The notes: generated by a model not told the origin, from the sequence alone. A stretch of DNA of 64,000 nt from Cyanobacteria bacterium auto_48_18 (GCA_036170915.1 JAVHQC010000004.1:37933-101932), one strand, 5' to 3'; shown: positions 42,243-51,838, counted from the first letter of the stretch. Numbers and translations are program-made.

Positions 42243-42330
42243 ATTTTGATTTGCTGGCCTGATGTAGTTCTGATGACATTTGAGGGATTGTCTAGTGCGG
42301 CCAGGACTCTAAAACGCAAAGTATATATAG

Positions 42331-42366
42331 TAAAAAACTCCCGAATGTAATTCGAGAGTTTTTTTA
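42331..42366. terminator. Bidirectional terminator
   Basis: AAAAAACTC-c-CGAA...TTCG-a-GAGTTTTTTT. Confidence 0.65.
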
Positions 42367-42397
42367 CGTAGACTATGCTTCGCTCCAGCCAACAATT

Positions 42398-42949
42398 CTA
42401 AGCAGCTTTGGAAGAATTATTGTTAGCGGAAACGATTGAAAGGTGACGTGATTTAGATTTGGCAGGTTCCTTAACAAGAGCGGTTAGTAGACCACCATCT
42501 CGGCCGAACTTTTGAAACCATTCTAGTTGGTGTTCAAGATCATGCTTAAGTGCAAGTGTTAGTCTATTGATGCTTTCATCGTCGCAGACAGCCATCGAAA
42601 TTGGCAGTGATGGCGGCGCATAGCTTTCGGTTCGTTTGATCAATATTGGCATGAACGAAAGGTTGTTATTTTGGCTAGCCGGAGCGTCATTCTCCATAAC
42701 AATCATGTCGCTGGGTAAGAAGATAAGGGCGCTAATTTTCTTGCCGGCACTCGCAAGTTTTTGTCCCAGTTCTACCAAGTCAGACCTTAAATCTCTGATT
42801 GTGTTGACCAGCAGAGATGAAAGTCTTTTTTCAATGCGCTTTATTTGTTTCGTGGCATTGTCGAAGGCATCAGCACTCGCAGTACATTGATGTAGATTGA
42901 GAGCACGGGCTAATTGCCTGTCGTAGAGATCTTGTTCGCTCGCTGTCAT
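42398..42949 (-). CDS. Hypothetical protein
   Basis: 183-aa ORF with GAGG RBS and ECF motif upstream. Confidence 0.7.
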   Translation of the reverse strand: MTASEQDLYDRQLARALNLHQCTASADAFDNATKQIKRIEKRLSSLLVNTIRDLRSDLVELGQKLASAGKKISALIFLPSDMIVMENDAPASQNNNLSFMPILIKRTESYAPPSLPISMAVCDDESINRLTLALKHDLEHQLEWFQKFGRDGGLLTALVKEPAKSKSRHLSIVSANNNSSKAA

Positions 42950-42983
42950 TTTATTGTCCTCTCATGTGCTCTACAAAACTAGA

Positions 42984-43009
42984 GACTGCACTACCCTCGA
43001 GTTAGTTCC
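42984..43009 (-). promoter_or_regulatory. ECF-type promoter GGAAC-N18-GTC
   Basis: gac-N18-gttcc. Confidence 0.65.
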
Positions 43010-43010
43010 C

Positions 43011-43047
43011 AAAAAAGAAAAAAGAGACCGCGGGAAGCGGCCTCTTT
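43011..43047 (-). terminator. Intrinsic terminator after csbD
   Basis: A tract plus AAAGAG-a-CCGC...GCGG-c-CTCTTT. Confidence 0.65.
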
Positions 43048-43101
43048 ACAAGGTCTTGAGACTTTAGTGTTTTGATTTCGAAGACTACAGTTGTATATAC
43101 C

Positions 43102-43299
43102 TTAGAGTGTCTTGCAGAAATCGTCCAATTCTTTTTCAGCTTGTTCTTTTGCCAGGCCATAACGTTCTTGGATGCGGCCGGCCAATTCGTCTCTTTTACC
43201 TTCAACTGTGGTCATGTCGTCGTCAGTGAGTTTGCCCCACTGAGCTTTCACTTTGCCTTGCAATTGTTTCCAGTCGCCTTTGATTTGATCCATATTCAT
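43102..43299 (-). CDS. csbD: CsbD/YjbJ family stress protein
   Basis: DQIKGDWKQLQGKVKAQWGKLTDDD...LAGRIQERYG. Confidence 0.95.
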   Translation of the reverse strand: MNMDQIKGDWKQLQGKVKAQWGKLTDDDMTTVEGKRDELAGRIQERYGLAKEQAEKELDDFCKTL

Positions 43300-43313
43300 T
43301 GTTATATTCTCCT

Positions 43314-43838
43314 TTAACGGTTGTTCTGTACTTTTTCTTCATTGACACAACTAATGTCGTGGGCGCCATTGTCCTGGCATATCTGTGTGGCACGACGAGC
43401 AAGTTCGGCATTTTCCGTGTGAATGGAAACCAGCAGATTACCTTCTCTCAGTTTGCCTTCATATTGTTTGGCCTCGTACTCAGGCACGCCTAAACCAATC
43501 AGTCCGCCGGCGATACCACCTACGGTGCCACCGACGGCAGCTCCGCTCAGTCCTGCCATAATCGGACCGGCGGCAACGAACGGTCCAAGACCTGGAATGG
43601 CCAGCGCACCAATGCCGGCTAGAACACCGACAGCACCGCCAATTAGCGCTCCAGACGCAAGACCTGTTGTGGCACCTTCAGGTGCTTTACTGTGTTTTTC
43701 ATAGCCCATATCTCGAATACCGGTTTCATCCGGCATTAGAACTGAGATATCGCTGTTGCTGAAGCCTTCGTTTTTCAAATGACCAACAAGGCTGTCGGCT
43801 TGCGAAAATGTATTTACAAGGCAGATTACGGCTTGCAT
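43314..43838 (-). CDS. General stress membrane protein (17M-like with Gly-zipper)
   Basis: GFSNSDISVL, KAPEGA, LAIPGLGPFVAAGP, LIGLGVPEYEAKQYE. Confidence 0.9.
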   Translation of the reverse strand: MQAVICLVNTFSQADSLVGHLKNEGFSNSDISVLMPDETGIRDMGYEKHSKAPEGATTGLASGALIGGAVGVLAGIGALAIPGLGPFVAAGPIMAGLSGAAVGGTVGGIAGGLIGLGVPEYEAKQYEGKLREGNLLVSIHTENAELARRATQICQDNGAHDISCVNEEKVQNNR

Positions 43839-43866
43839 CGTTAGCCCTCCTTCTTTCGCTCGTGGA

Positions 43867-43891
43867 GACGGGCAAGCGCTACATTAGTTCC
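43867..43891 (-). promoter_or_regulatory. ECF-type promoter GGAAC-N17-GTC
   Basis: gac-N17-gttcc. Confidence 0.75.
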
Positions 43892-43900
43892 AAATCTGCA

Positions 43901-43935
43901 AAAAAGAAGCTGCTCTCACTGAGCAGCCTCTTTTT
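43901..43935 (-). terminator. Intrinsic terminator
   Basis: AAAAAGA-a-GCTGCTC...GAGCAGC-c-TCTTTTT. Confidence 0.7.
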
Positions 43936-43952
43936 CAATTCTGTGGTTGAGC

Positions 43953-44213
43953 TTATACAGTGCTAGTGCTTCGGGTAAACATAGCGACCATAAAGATCAC
44001 CAACCCTGAACCAATAATGGCAGGTACCACAGCCACACCTTCTAAAACTGGACCAAAACTACCCATTAGACTGGAGCCGACCCAGGCGCCGATGATACCA
44101 AATACGGCGGCAGTGAAGAAACCACCAGGCACACGTCCAGGCACTATTGATGCCGCAATCCAGGCACATGCGGCGGCAACGAATAAGTAAATAATAAAAC
44201 CTAAAATAGACAT
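43953..44213 (-). CDS. GlsB/YeaQ/YmgE family stress membrane protein
   Basis: WIAASIVPG..PGGF...GIIGAWVG...AIIGS. Confidence 0.9.
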   Translation of the reverse strand: MSILGFIIYLFVAAACAWIAASIVPGRVPGGFFTAAVFGIIGAWVGSSLMGSFGPVLEGVAVVPAIIGSGLVIFMVAMFTRSTSTV

Positions 44214-44236
44214 GATCCATACCCCTCAATTTGTAG

Positions 44237-44425
44237 CTAGTTAGCGCTTTGCGCTGTTGGAAATTTTTCACTCAAACGTTTTACATTTGATTCAAAACGA
44301 TCAATATCAGGGAAGCTTAGTGAACCGTTTCAACTTAGTGTTTCTGCTGCTCTTAACGATCTCTCTTTACGTAAATCTTCGACTTTTATGACGGTCAATC
44401 TCTCTCGTTGTTCCGCATCTTTTCA
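44237..44425 (-). pseudogene. Decayed paralog of the secreted helical protein at 60233-60580
   Basis: KDAEQRERLTVIKVEDLRKERSLRAAETLS*NGSLSFPDIDRFESNVKRLSEKF aligns with RAQRSGELTLREANDLRNQNRSIRENEQ..NGGRLSYADINKIESRLNDLSNRL; in-frame stop at 44330-44332. Confidence 0.65.
44390..44414 (-). promoter_or_regulatory. ECF-type promoter GGAAC-N17-GTC inside the pseudogene, upstream of the GlsB-like gene
   Basis: gac-N17-gttcc. Confidence 0.5.
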
Positions 44426-44481
44426 TAACCACCGGAAAAATATTTAGCCATACCTTATTGCTTTCAGTTGGCGATTTATAT

Positions 44482-44506
44482 GACTGAGAGTCAATCTAGT
44501 GGTTCC
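44482..44506 (-). promoter_or_regulatory. ECF-type promoter GGAAC-N17-GTC
   Basis: gac-N17-gttcc. Confidence 0.7.
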
Positions 44507-44523
44507 ATTTATTCCATGCGCAA

Positions 44524-46107
44524 CTAACCTTCCAGGGGTGTAATTTGTGCTGTCAGTATCGACAGCTGCTCGTCGTCTCCGGCAATTTCGCAAGCCTCAA
44601 GATCGTGATTGGCGGGGCCATCCAGCACTTTGCCACAGGAGTCAAAACGTGAGCCGTGAGCTGGGCAGTCCCAACTTTTTTCTAGAGAATTCCAGCGCAC
44701 TACGGCTTTCATGTGCGGACAAATAGCGGTACAGCTAATAGCTGAACCATTCTCGGCGCGAAAAACGGCTACCTTATGCAATCCTTTTGAAATTACTTCA
44801 CCTTCACCAGGGGCTATATCATTAAGCTCAGCTGCAGCGCTGCCGAAATGCTCAAAATACTGACTAGCAGTGCTGATATTTTCCTTCAAGAATTCTCCAG
44901 CCGCACCAATAGTAACTCTGGTAGGTTCGTATATTGATTTTAAGACGTTTTCTTTGCCGGCAATTAAATCACTGAGTAGAAGGGCTGCTAGGGCGCTTTC
45001 TGAGATGCCGACTCCAGACATACCGGTGGCCACGTAAACGTTTTTAGTGTGCCCCGGATCGTGACCTATATACGGCATGCCGTCGACAGTTTCGTAGACT
45101 TGACCTGACCACTGATATTCCAACGGCCCCAGGTCAGGAATAAGGCTGCGAGCCCATTTTTCCAATTTGTCAAAACGCGATTGATAATCGTTTTCCTGGC
45201 CGGTGCGATGATCTTCACCACCAACGATAATGTAGTTTTTGTCGTCAATCTTCTGGCATCGTATATAGTGATATGGTTCTTCAGTGTCCCAAAATAAGCC
45301 GTCAGTCATTTCGCCACATTGGGCAGCGAAAGCATAGGTGCGGTACGCCGAAACTTTAGAGTGAATTGCAAGCCAGTTGCTGATTGGGCTATTCGTAGCT
45401 ACTACAACACTGGCGGCTTCAATGGTGCGTCCATTGTTCGTAAGTAGGCTTACTTTATCGCCGTCTTTGATTTCGGTTATGTGACAGTGATTGAATATTT
45501 TTCCACCCATACTATTTATGCCATGCGCCACACCAGTTAAAAACTCAAGTATGTGAAATTGCGCCTGGTTTTGTAGTTTGATACCTGTGACTTGAGTACC
45601 GGATCTAGCCAAAGCATTTACTACAATTGCCCCATCCAATCCTACCCTTGCAAGAGCAGCAAGTTCTTTTTCCAGTTCTTCATGCTTTTCTTTGAATTTG
45701 GCTGCATCACTATTTGGGTCAATAAATAGGTAGCCTGGCAGACGAGAAAACTGGCAGGAGATTTGTTCGCGTTCGATAATTTCTTCGAGCCAGTCAATGG
45801 CCGAGCTGTGGCTTTGAGCCACCAGGCGAGCGTTGTCCGTACCGTGCATAGCTTCCAACTCATAATAGCGACTGTCGAGCATTGCTGTAATGTGTGCGGT
45901 GGTTCGTTGAGTTTGTGCTCCGGTAATCTTGCCGTCATCAACTACTACAACGTTCAGGCCGTCTTGTAGAAGTTTGTAGGCAGTGAGTAGACCGGCTACA
46001 CCAGCACCAATCACGGCAACATCACAGCAAAGATTTTCAGTTACTTCAGAAAAAATCGGCGTCTCATGGCCCATCCATATTGATTGAGTTGGTCGATTAA
46101 TGTCCAT
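44524..46107 (-). CDS. FAD-dependent oxidoreductase with C-terminal Rieske domain (YhfW-like)
   Basis: GAGVAG, TQRTTAHIT, GGEDHRTG, WSGQ; CPHM and WDCPAHGSRF. Confidence 0.92.
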   Translation of the reverse strand: MDINRPTQSIWMGHETPIFSEVTENLCCDVAVIGAGVAGLLTAYKLLQDGLNVVVVDDGKITGAQTQRTTAHITAMLDSRYYELEAMHGTDNARLVAQSHSSAIDWLEEIIEREQISCQFSRLPGYLFIDPNSDAAKFKEKHEELEKELAALARVGLDGAIVVNALARSGTQVTGIKLQNQAQFHILEFLTGVAHGINSMGGKIFNHCHITEIKDGDKVSLLTNNGRTIEAASVVVATNSPISNWLAIHSKVSAYRTYAFAAQCGEMTDGLFWDTEEPYHYIRCQKIDDKNYIIVGGEDHRTGQENDYQSRFDKLEKWARSLIPDLGPLEYQWSGQVYETVDGMPYIGHDPGHTKNVYVATGMSGVGISESALAALLLSDLIAGKENVLKSIYEPTRVTIGAAGEFLKENISTASQYFEHFGSAAAELNDIAPGEGEVISKGLHKVAVFRAENGSAISCTAICPHMKAVVRWNSLEKSWDCPAHGSRFDSCGKVLDGPANHDLEACEIAGDDEQLSILTAQITPLEG

Positions 46108-46147
46108 TGCTTTACCTTATTTACGCAGTGCTCAGGGTGATTTTTAT

Positions 46148-46172
46148 GGCGCCTGTGGGCCTTAAAAGTTCC
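46148..46172 (-). promoter_or_regulatory. Near-consensus promoter GGAAC-N17-GCC
   Basis: One mismatch in the -10 element; correct position for the oxidoreductase gene. Confidence 0.5.
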
Positions 46173-46183
46173 ATTGGGCAAAT

Positions 46184-46209
46184 GGAACTAAAGTGTTTGC
46201 CCTACCGTC
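46184..46209 (+). promoter_or_regulatory. ECF-type promoter GGAAC-N18-GTC
   Basis: ggaac taaagtgtttgccctacc gtc. Confidence 0.7.
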
Positions 46210-46248
46210 GAGATTGGGGCAATGTAGCCAGTACTGTGGAGAGACCAA

Positions 46249-46680
46249 ATGGACGTATTTAAGTATTTGAAAGATGACGGCGAAGCTATTGCGCATCGTC
46301 TTAACGAGACGGTAGCCGAGTTTGCTCAATGGCCACAGGACCGTTTATTCGAAGAAAGCAAAAAGGCGTTTACTTCACTGGAAGCGCATTTCGAGAAAGA
46401 AGAAATGATTGTCAACAATATTAATGACAGCGAAGTAATTGTGCCCTTAAGTGAGAAAGCTGGCGCGCAAATCAAAGATATGAAAGAAGCGATTGACAGC
46501 ATTATTATGATTCACATCGATGAACCGGGTTATCTTAATGCATTGAAAAATTTAGCTGTGAAGATGAATGAGCATTTACGATTCTGTCTTGAGGAGTATT
46601 ATCCTGCGCTGGCTTCAGGTCTGTCGGCTAAGGATAAAGAGAACGTCAATTCGCAATTTGAAAATATGGTTTTGAGCTAG
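46249..46680 (+). CDS. Hemerythrin-like four-helix protein, degenerate
   Basis: DVFKYLKDD, LEAHFEKEE, NEHL..EEYYP. Confidence 0.65.
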   Translation: MDVFKYLKDDGEAIAHRLNETVAEFAQWPQDRLFEESKKAFTSLEAHFEKEEMIVNNINDSEVIVPLSEKAGAQIKDMKEAIDSIIMIHIDEPGYLNALKNLAVKMNEHLRFCLEEYYPALASGLSAKDKENVNSQFENMVLS

Positions 46681-46697
46681 TTTTGTGAGGAATCAGT

Positions 46698-46901
46698 ATG
46701 AAAGCTAAGATGCCCAACAAGCCGGCGGAACCGGCCACTTACTCTTGCAACAAGTGCAGTAAGCAATTCAAATTTGAGCAGGGAGCTCTGATTTGCCCCA
46801 ATTGTCAGAATACCAACAAAGGTGATCTGGTGGTTATTTCCATGAAAGACAGTCCCGAAGAAAATCAACTTTATACCGATGACGATTTTCCCGGCGGTTA
46901 G
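46698..46901 (+). CDS. Small zinc-ribbon protein with acidic tail
   Basis: CNKC-x10-CPNC; GAGG RBS. Confidence 0.75.
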   Translation: MKAKMPNKPAEPATYSCNKCSKQFKFEQGALICPNCQNTNKGDLVVISMKDSPEENQLYTDDDFPGG

Positions 46902-46919
46902 TTGACTTTCAGATAAATG

Positions 46920-46951
46920 AAAAAAGAGGCAACAGTTGCCTCTTTTTTTTT
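46920..46951. terminator. Bidirectional terminator between convergent genes
   Basis: AAAAAGAGGCAAC-a-GTTGCCTCTTTTTTT. Confidence 0.85.
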
Positions 46952-46979
46952 ATGCTTCAGCCAATCTAGTTATGCTCAA

Positions 46980-48023
46980 TTATCTAGTTTTTGATGGCTG
47001 CAGCAGTTGCTCATAAACGCCGAGATAGTTTTCAATCATGGCTTGATTGCTGAACTTTAGCGCTTGCTGTCGGCATTTGCTGCGGTCAAATTTTTGCAAT
47101 TCAGGATAGCGCTGCACCAGCTCGTCAACGGTATTACCAATGATGGCATTTTCACCGTCTATTAGAAGCTCTCTGACCGAGCCGCGGTCGAAAGCCATAA
47201 GTGGTGTGTTGGTGGCAAGCGCTTCGGCCATAACTAGTCCGAATGGCTCTTCGAAATTAATTGGATAGACAACCGCAAGAGCTTCAGCATATAAAGCCAG
47301 CTTTTGCTCAGGACCTACTTCGCCTATATATTCAATCAAAGTCGGCTTTAGCCGCGGCTTGACTTGAGTGTCAAAATATTCCTTGTCTAGTGCGTCCACC
47401 TTGCCGGCAATTTTAAGCGGTAAATTTAGTTTTTCGGCAATTTCAATTGCCTCTTTGGTACCTTTATCGCGGCAGACGCGGCCGAGAAACAGCAAATATT
47501 TGCGCTCTTTTTCTTGGGGCACAAAAGCATCCACATCAATGCCATTGTATATAGTGGCAACATAGTTAAGTAAATCGCCATAATTAAAGCGCCGGTAAGC
47601 GTTGCTTATAGAGACGTACGGTAGCGTGCTGTAAGCTTTGAAGATTGGTGCGCAATAAGTCTTGATGCCGTTATGGAGAGTTGTCACCACTGCACAATCC
47701 AGATCTGCCAAATATGGTAAAGCCTGATAGCCCATATGGTTGTGAATTAAGTCAAACTCTGATGCCATATCTCGAACTTTCATCATCATTTGAATATCGA
47801 AGGCCTGCCACTGTGTAGTGCGATATTGTTCATTGGTGCGCAGAGCTGTTGATGTCACCGAAACCAGGCGAGCACTTGTTTGTGAGTCGCCTGTAGCAAA
47901 TAGAGTAACGTCATGACCAGCCCGGGTGAACCCTTCAGTGAGATAGTGCACAATCAATTCTGTGCCGCCATAACCGACTGGTGGCACACATTCAACATTG
48001 GTGGCAAGCTGAGCTATTCTCAT
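46980..48023 (-). CDS. GT4 family glycosyltransferase
   Basis: VPPVGYGGTE, GHDVTLFATGDS, EEPFGLVMAEA. Confidence 0.92.
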   Translation of the reverse strand: MRIAQLATNVECVPPVGYGGTELIVHYLTEGFTRAGHDVTLFATGDSQTSARLVSVTSTALRTNEQYRTTQWQAFDIQMMMKVRDMASEFDLIHNHMGYQALPYLADLDCAVVTTLHNGIKTYCAPIFKAYSTLPYVSISNAYRRFNYGDLLNYVATIYNGIDVDAFVPQEKERKYLLFLGRVCRDKGTKEAIEIAEKLNLPLKIAGKVDALDKEYFDTQVKPRLKPTLIEYIGEVGPEQKLALYAEALAVVYPINFEEPFGLVMAEALATNTPLMAFDRGSVRELLIDGENAIIGNTVDELVQRYPELQKFDRSKCRQQALKFSNQAMIENYLGVYEQLLQPSKTR

Positions 48024-48025
48024 TA

Positions 48026-50224
48026 TTATGACTCCATAATTACTTTTACGATGCCGCTTTTATTTATCACGCGGCAAGCGGTCATGCCTCCGATGTGCGT
48101 AAATCCTAGTTCGAGTGAGGCGGCGCCCACCTTTAAACCCTTGATTGAAACTTCTGGTAGCCATGGTGGCAACTGTGGGTCTACAATTCTCAAAGTTTTA
48201 TTGGCTGCATCTGCTTGTAGATTTAGGCAAGCTGTAAGCAATTGGAAGATTGTGCCCGATGCCCATGCCTGAGGTGAGCATGCAACTGGGTAATCTATCG
48301 GCTTTTCTGCTTGATGGCGTTCAAACCCGCAGATGAGTTCAGGTAGTCTGAACTCTGGCTCGGCCTTTGTCACTTGCAAAAGGCTCTGCAAAATTTGGTG
48401 TACGCCATCAACGCGACCAATTTTGCGCATGCCTTGGGCGATGATGGCATTGTCGTGGGGCCATACTGTGCCATTGTGATAACTCATAGGATTATAAGCC
48501 TTTGCTTGACTCGACAAAGTGCGCACGCCCCACCCTGAGAATAACTCGGCAGAGAGCAAACGACTGGCCACCAAATCTGCTTTCTGATGATCGAGAATAC
48601 CGGTAAAAAGAAGATGCCCGGGGTTCGATGAAATCACGTTGATTTGCTTGCCGTCACCATCCAAACCAAGTGCGATAAATTGCTCGTTTTCCATCCAAAA
48701 ATCTTTTTGAAAACGTTGTTTGAGCTGGCCAGCCAAATACGATAAATTGCGCGCAAGATCGAATTTGCCCAGACTGTCAGCCAAGCGAGCTACCTCTAAC
48801 CAGCATGTATAGAGATAACCCTGTGGTTCGCAAAGAGCAATAGGACCTTTCGCCAGGGCACCATTGTCGTACATGATGCAATCGTTAGAGTCTTTCCAGC
48901 CCTGGTTGGGCAAACCTTGTGTAGAGCGACACTGATAAGCCAGGTAACCGCTTTCAAGATTAGTTTCAAGCCAGTGCAACGCACTTTCAACATTGGGCCA
49001 CAGGCGTTCGGCTGTTTCAAGGTCACCTGACCAATCTACATATTGGCATAATAGATAGAGCCATAATTGAGTCGAGTCAATGCTGCCATAATATGGTGAG
49101 TGAGGTATTTGTTTTGAGCGCGCCAGCTCACCCAGCCTCAATTCGTGAATGATGCGACCGGCATTTTCTTCGGTAAAGTCGTCATCTTTTTTGCCTTGAT
49201 AAGCTGCCAGCACATCAACGCATTCTTTACCTATTTGCGGAATGAAGGGTAAAACTTGCCATGCGGTAATGGCGCTATCTCTGCCAAAAAGTGTGCTGTA
49301 CCAGGGTACACCAGCCGCCATGCCGATTCCTTTAGGTGTAGGTTGCCGCAAAATATACAAATCTCGCATGGCACCACTGATGGTTAAATCGAGTAGCTTG
49401 TCAGCTGTGAGAATTTTGCATCCATTATCGCTCCAGCTTTTAAATTCATTGTCAGCAGCATTGCGCGCCGCCCAGTATGAATTGTGATTATGCACCAGGT
49501 CAGGCACTTTGCCTTCCCAACGCGATGAGATGCAAAATTGCATATCAATCACTTGATGTGGTGCCAGTTCGATATGGAATATTGCTTCGCCGTCTGTGAA
49601 ATTTAACACGTTGGGCACAAGGCCGACAAATTTAATTTCGGTTTCAACCAGAATGTTATCAACGCCGCGATAAGCAAGAAACAAACTCTTATTTTGCTTA
49701 TCTGTGAGAGGCAACATATGTTTGCCCCGCTCAGGGCGGTTCAGGCCCCTGACTTCAAACATGTCTGCAAAGTCAGACTGAAACGTAAACTTGAGGGCAA
49801 ACTTAGCCGTGTGATTGTGATAATTCTGAATCGTGAAATTTTCCCAGAGCAAATCGCTCAGCACCATGTCGCGCTGAATCATCAGTGTTTGCTGAGGCAG
49901 ACTACCTGTTTCAGAATTAGTATAAAGAAAACTGCCGGCATAACCGGCATCAACTGAGGCTGCCAGCAGTGATGGTGCCACATCGTCGAGAGTCAGCTCC
50001 CAGCGGCTTATGTGTCTGGTGTCATAACGATAGTAACCGTAGCCTAGAGTGTTGCAGCCGGGAATCATTCCGGTTTGATCCATTACTAAAAAATGACTGC
50101 CACGCTTTAAGATCAAACGCGGATGTGCAGGATCGGTGAGAACAAATTGCATACCAGAACAGAGCGGCCTATCATCAACTTGATATTCAGCTGAGTCTGG
50201 ATAAACGTCATTTTCTTCTAGCAT
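48026..50224 (-). CDS. Amylo-alpha-1,6-glucosidase / glycogen debranching enzyme-like glycoside hydrolase
   Basis: DFADMFEVRG, AAGVPWYSTLFGRDS, YYGSIDST, NQGWKDS, SYHNGTVWPHDN, PQAW. Confidence 0.92.
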   Translation of the reverse strand: MLEENDVYPDSAEYQVDDRPLCSGMQFVLTDPAHPRLILKRGSHFLVMDQTGMIPGCNTLGYGYYRYDTRHISRWELTLDDVAPSLLAASVDAGYAGSFLYTNSETGSLPQQTLMIQRDMVLSDLLWENFTIQNYHNHTAKFALKFTFQSDFADMFEVRGLNRPERGKHMLPLTDKQNKSLFLAYRGVDNILVETEIKFVGLVPNVLNFTDGEAIFHIELAPHQVIDMQFCISSRWEGKVPDLVHNHNSYWAARNAADNEFKSWSDNGCKILTADKLLDLTISGAMRDLYILRQPTPKGIGMAAGVPWYSTLFGRDSAITAWQVLPFIPQIGKECVDVLAAYQGKKDDDFTEENAGRIIHELRLGELARSKQIPHSPYYGSIDSTQLWLYLLCQYVDWSGDLETAERLWPNVESALHWLETNLESGYLAYQCRSTQGLPNQGWKDSNDCIMYDNGALAKGPIALCEPQGYLYTCWLEVARLADSLGKFDLARNLSYLAGQLKQRFQKDFWMENEQFIALGLDGDGKQINVISSNPGHLLFTGILDHQKADLVASRLLSAELFSGWGVRTLSSQAKAYNPMSYHNGTVWPHDNAIIAQGMRKIGRVDGVHQILQSLLQVTKAEPEFRLPELICGFERHQAEKPIDYPVACSPQAWASGTIFQLLTACLNLQADAANKTLRIVDPQLPPWLPEVSIKGLKVGAASLELGFTHIGGMTACRVINKSGIVKVIMES

Positions 50225-50658
50225 GCTGTCTTTTTTCTCAAGGCTGTGAGCAAAGATTGTGTTCTTTTTTGACCCGGCAACAAGGTTTTTACAACGAGGT
50301 TACGGGAATGATCGTCAAGATTTGGCAGCCGTCTCAAGTAGTCTTGCACACTTCTAATTTCTTCTTCTTCCAGAGCAATTATTGCAACTTTTTCGCCGGC
50401 TGTTGAAAAAACGCTCTCGATAATTTTTCCGATGGTATCAAAATGAGAGCTGCCGTGATCAGGTTCGCCGCCTAATTCAGTCACTCTGGCTTCGAGCAAT
50501 TGGGCCCTCTGTTGGTGAGCCTGACTGGCCACGGTCAACTCCTGCTTAATATACCAATCTGGAGCCGCCGAGAGAGCCTGTTTATAGACTCGACTGGCCG
50601 ACCACTCGGTTTTCAACAGAAAATTCAAATCTTCCACCGCATTCTGTTTGTTGAACAT
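50218..50658 (-). CDS. Ferritin-like four-helix-bundle stress protein (DUF2383/PA2169-like)
   Basis: LNFLLKTE..A..Y, H, LGGEP, LEEEE...DY; GGAG RBS before ATG 50658. Confidence 0.8.
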   Translation of the reverse strand: MFNKQNAVEDLNFLLKTEWSASRVYKQALSAAPDWYIKQELTVASQAHQQRAQLLEARVTELGGEPDHGSSHFDTIGKIIESVFSTAGEKVAIIALEEEEIRSVQDYLRRLPNLDDHSRNLVVKTLLPGQKRTQSLLTALRKKTAC

Positions 50659-50704
50659 CAGAAAGACTCCAGTCAAGCGTCATATAACCCGCACTAGCTC
50701 TTCC

Positions 50705-50729
50705 GACGGAACCACGGCCTTCTGGTTCC
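50705..50729 (-). promoter_or_regulatory. ECF-type promoter GGAAC-N17-GTC
   Basis: gac-N17-gttcc. Confidence 0.75.
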
Positions 50730-50818
50730 AGTTTGCCACTTTATATAGGAATGGGCTGTGCTAAAACCGCCACAAGTCAATAGCTTGAACTTTTAACCTC
50801 AGCAATTGAAGCGGAACA

Positions 50819-50843
50819 GGAACTAATGGCGTTTGTAATAGTC
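50819..50843 (+). promoter_or_regulatory. ECF-type promoter GGAAC-N17-GTC
   Basis: ggaac taatggcgtttgtaata gtc. Confidence 0.75.
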
Positions 50844-50897
50844 GTCCGAATTCGTGCTCGATCTCCTAGCGGGAAGAGTCAGTGAAGGAGGATTGTT

Positions 50898-51389
50898 ATG
50901 GGTAATATGGATTGTTCGAGCTCTGGCAGCCAATCGTGTTCAAGCGCTATTGAATTGCTGCAAGGTGAACAGAAGGCAGTGAGAAAGCTGTTTAATGATT
51001 ATGACCAAGCTAAAGACTTTAAAGGTAAAGAAGATGTTGTCGGCGCTCTGTCTTTAGCGCTGTCACTCTATTGCAGCCTTGAAACCGAAATTATTTACCC
51101 TGCTATGAAGGCTAATGGCTCATGTTCTGAAGAAGCAGAACCGTGTCAGGGTGAAGAAAACCATCATCAAGCCAAGCTTTTGATCGATCAATTGCAAAGA
51201 TTAACAGCTGACGTTGACGGCGAAAAATATGATGCTGCAGTAAAGGAACTGAAAGTTGTGGTGGAAAAACATTTCTCGGAAGAGGAGAAAACACTTATTC
51301 CAGAGATGAAGAAGTCAGGAAACAACTTTGAAAAATTGAGCGCTCACATCGAAAATTTCAAAGCTGAACATAAAGCTCAATTGGTTTAA
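50898..51389 (+). CDS. Hemerythrin-domain protein, partly degenerate
   Basis: AIELL..EQ..VRKLF, ETEIIYPA, EENH, KHFSEEE. Confidence 0.8.
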   Translation: MGNMDCSSSGSQSCSSAIELLQGEQKAVRKLFNDYDQAKDFKGKEDVVGALSLALSLYCSLETEIIYPAMKANGSCSEEAEPCQGEENHHQAKLLIDQLQRLTADVDGEKYDAAVKELKVVVEKHFSEEEKTLIPEMKKSGNNFEKLSAHIENFKAEHKAQLV

Positions 51390-51411
51390 TTGCATATATA
51401 AGGAGTGGAGA

Positions 51412-51831
51412 ATGAAGAAGATTAGTTTATTGGCATTAGCTGTTCTTGCCAGTGGCTGTACAGGTTTGACTGCTGCCATGGCCGAAGATGCTGCGAAAAG
51501 CGAACAGAAGTTCGAAGAATCGCAGCAAAAGGGGCCCGATAACACCGGAAAAAATACACGGGACCAAAAACTTGGTAAACCCACAGCACAGAATCAATCC
51601 AATCAAAAGAAAGATGTGGACATTACACGTGAATTGCGCAAATCCATTATGGAAGCAAAAGGTCTTTCAGTGGATGCTCAAAACATAAAAATCATTACCC
51701 AGAAAGGCAAAGTGACTTTGCGCGGACCGGTTGAGAGCGAAAGCGAGAAAAAGATGATTGACGATCTGGTGAAAAATTGCGGCAACGTTGCTAGCTACAC
51801 CAACCAATTAGAAGTAAAAAAGAATAACTAA
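51412..51831 (+). CDS. Secreted BON-domain protein
   Basis: DNTGKNTRD..PTAQNQSN..DITRELRK..NIKIITQKGKVTLRGPV. Confidence 0.92.
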   Translation: MKKISLLALAVLASGCTGLTAAMAEDAAKSEQKFEESQQKGPDNTGKNTRDQKLGKPTAQNQSNQKKDVDITRELRKSIMEAKGLSVDAQNIKIITQKGKVTLRGPVESESEKKMIDDLVKNCGNVASYTNQLEVKKNN

Positions 51832-51838
51832 GACGGAG

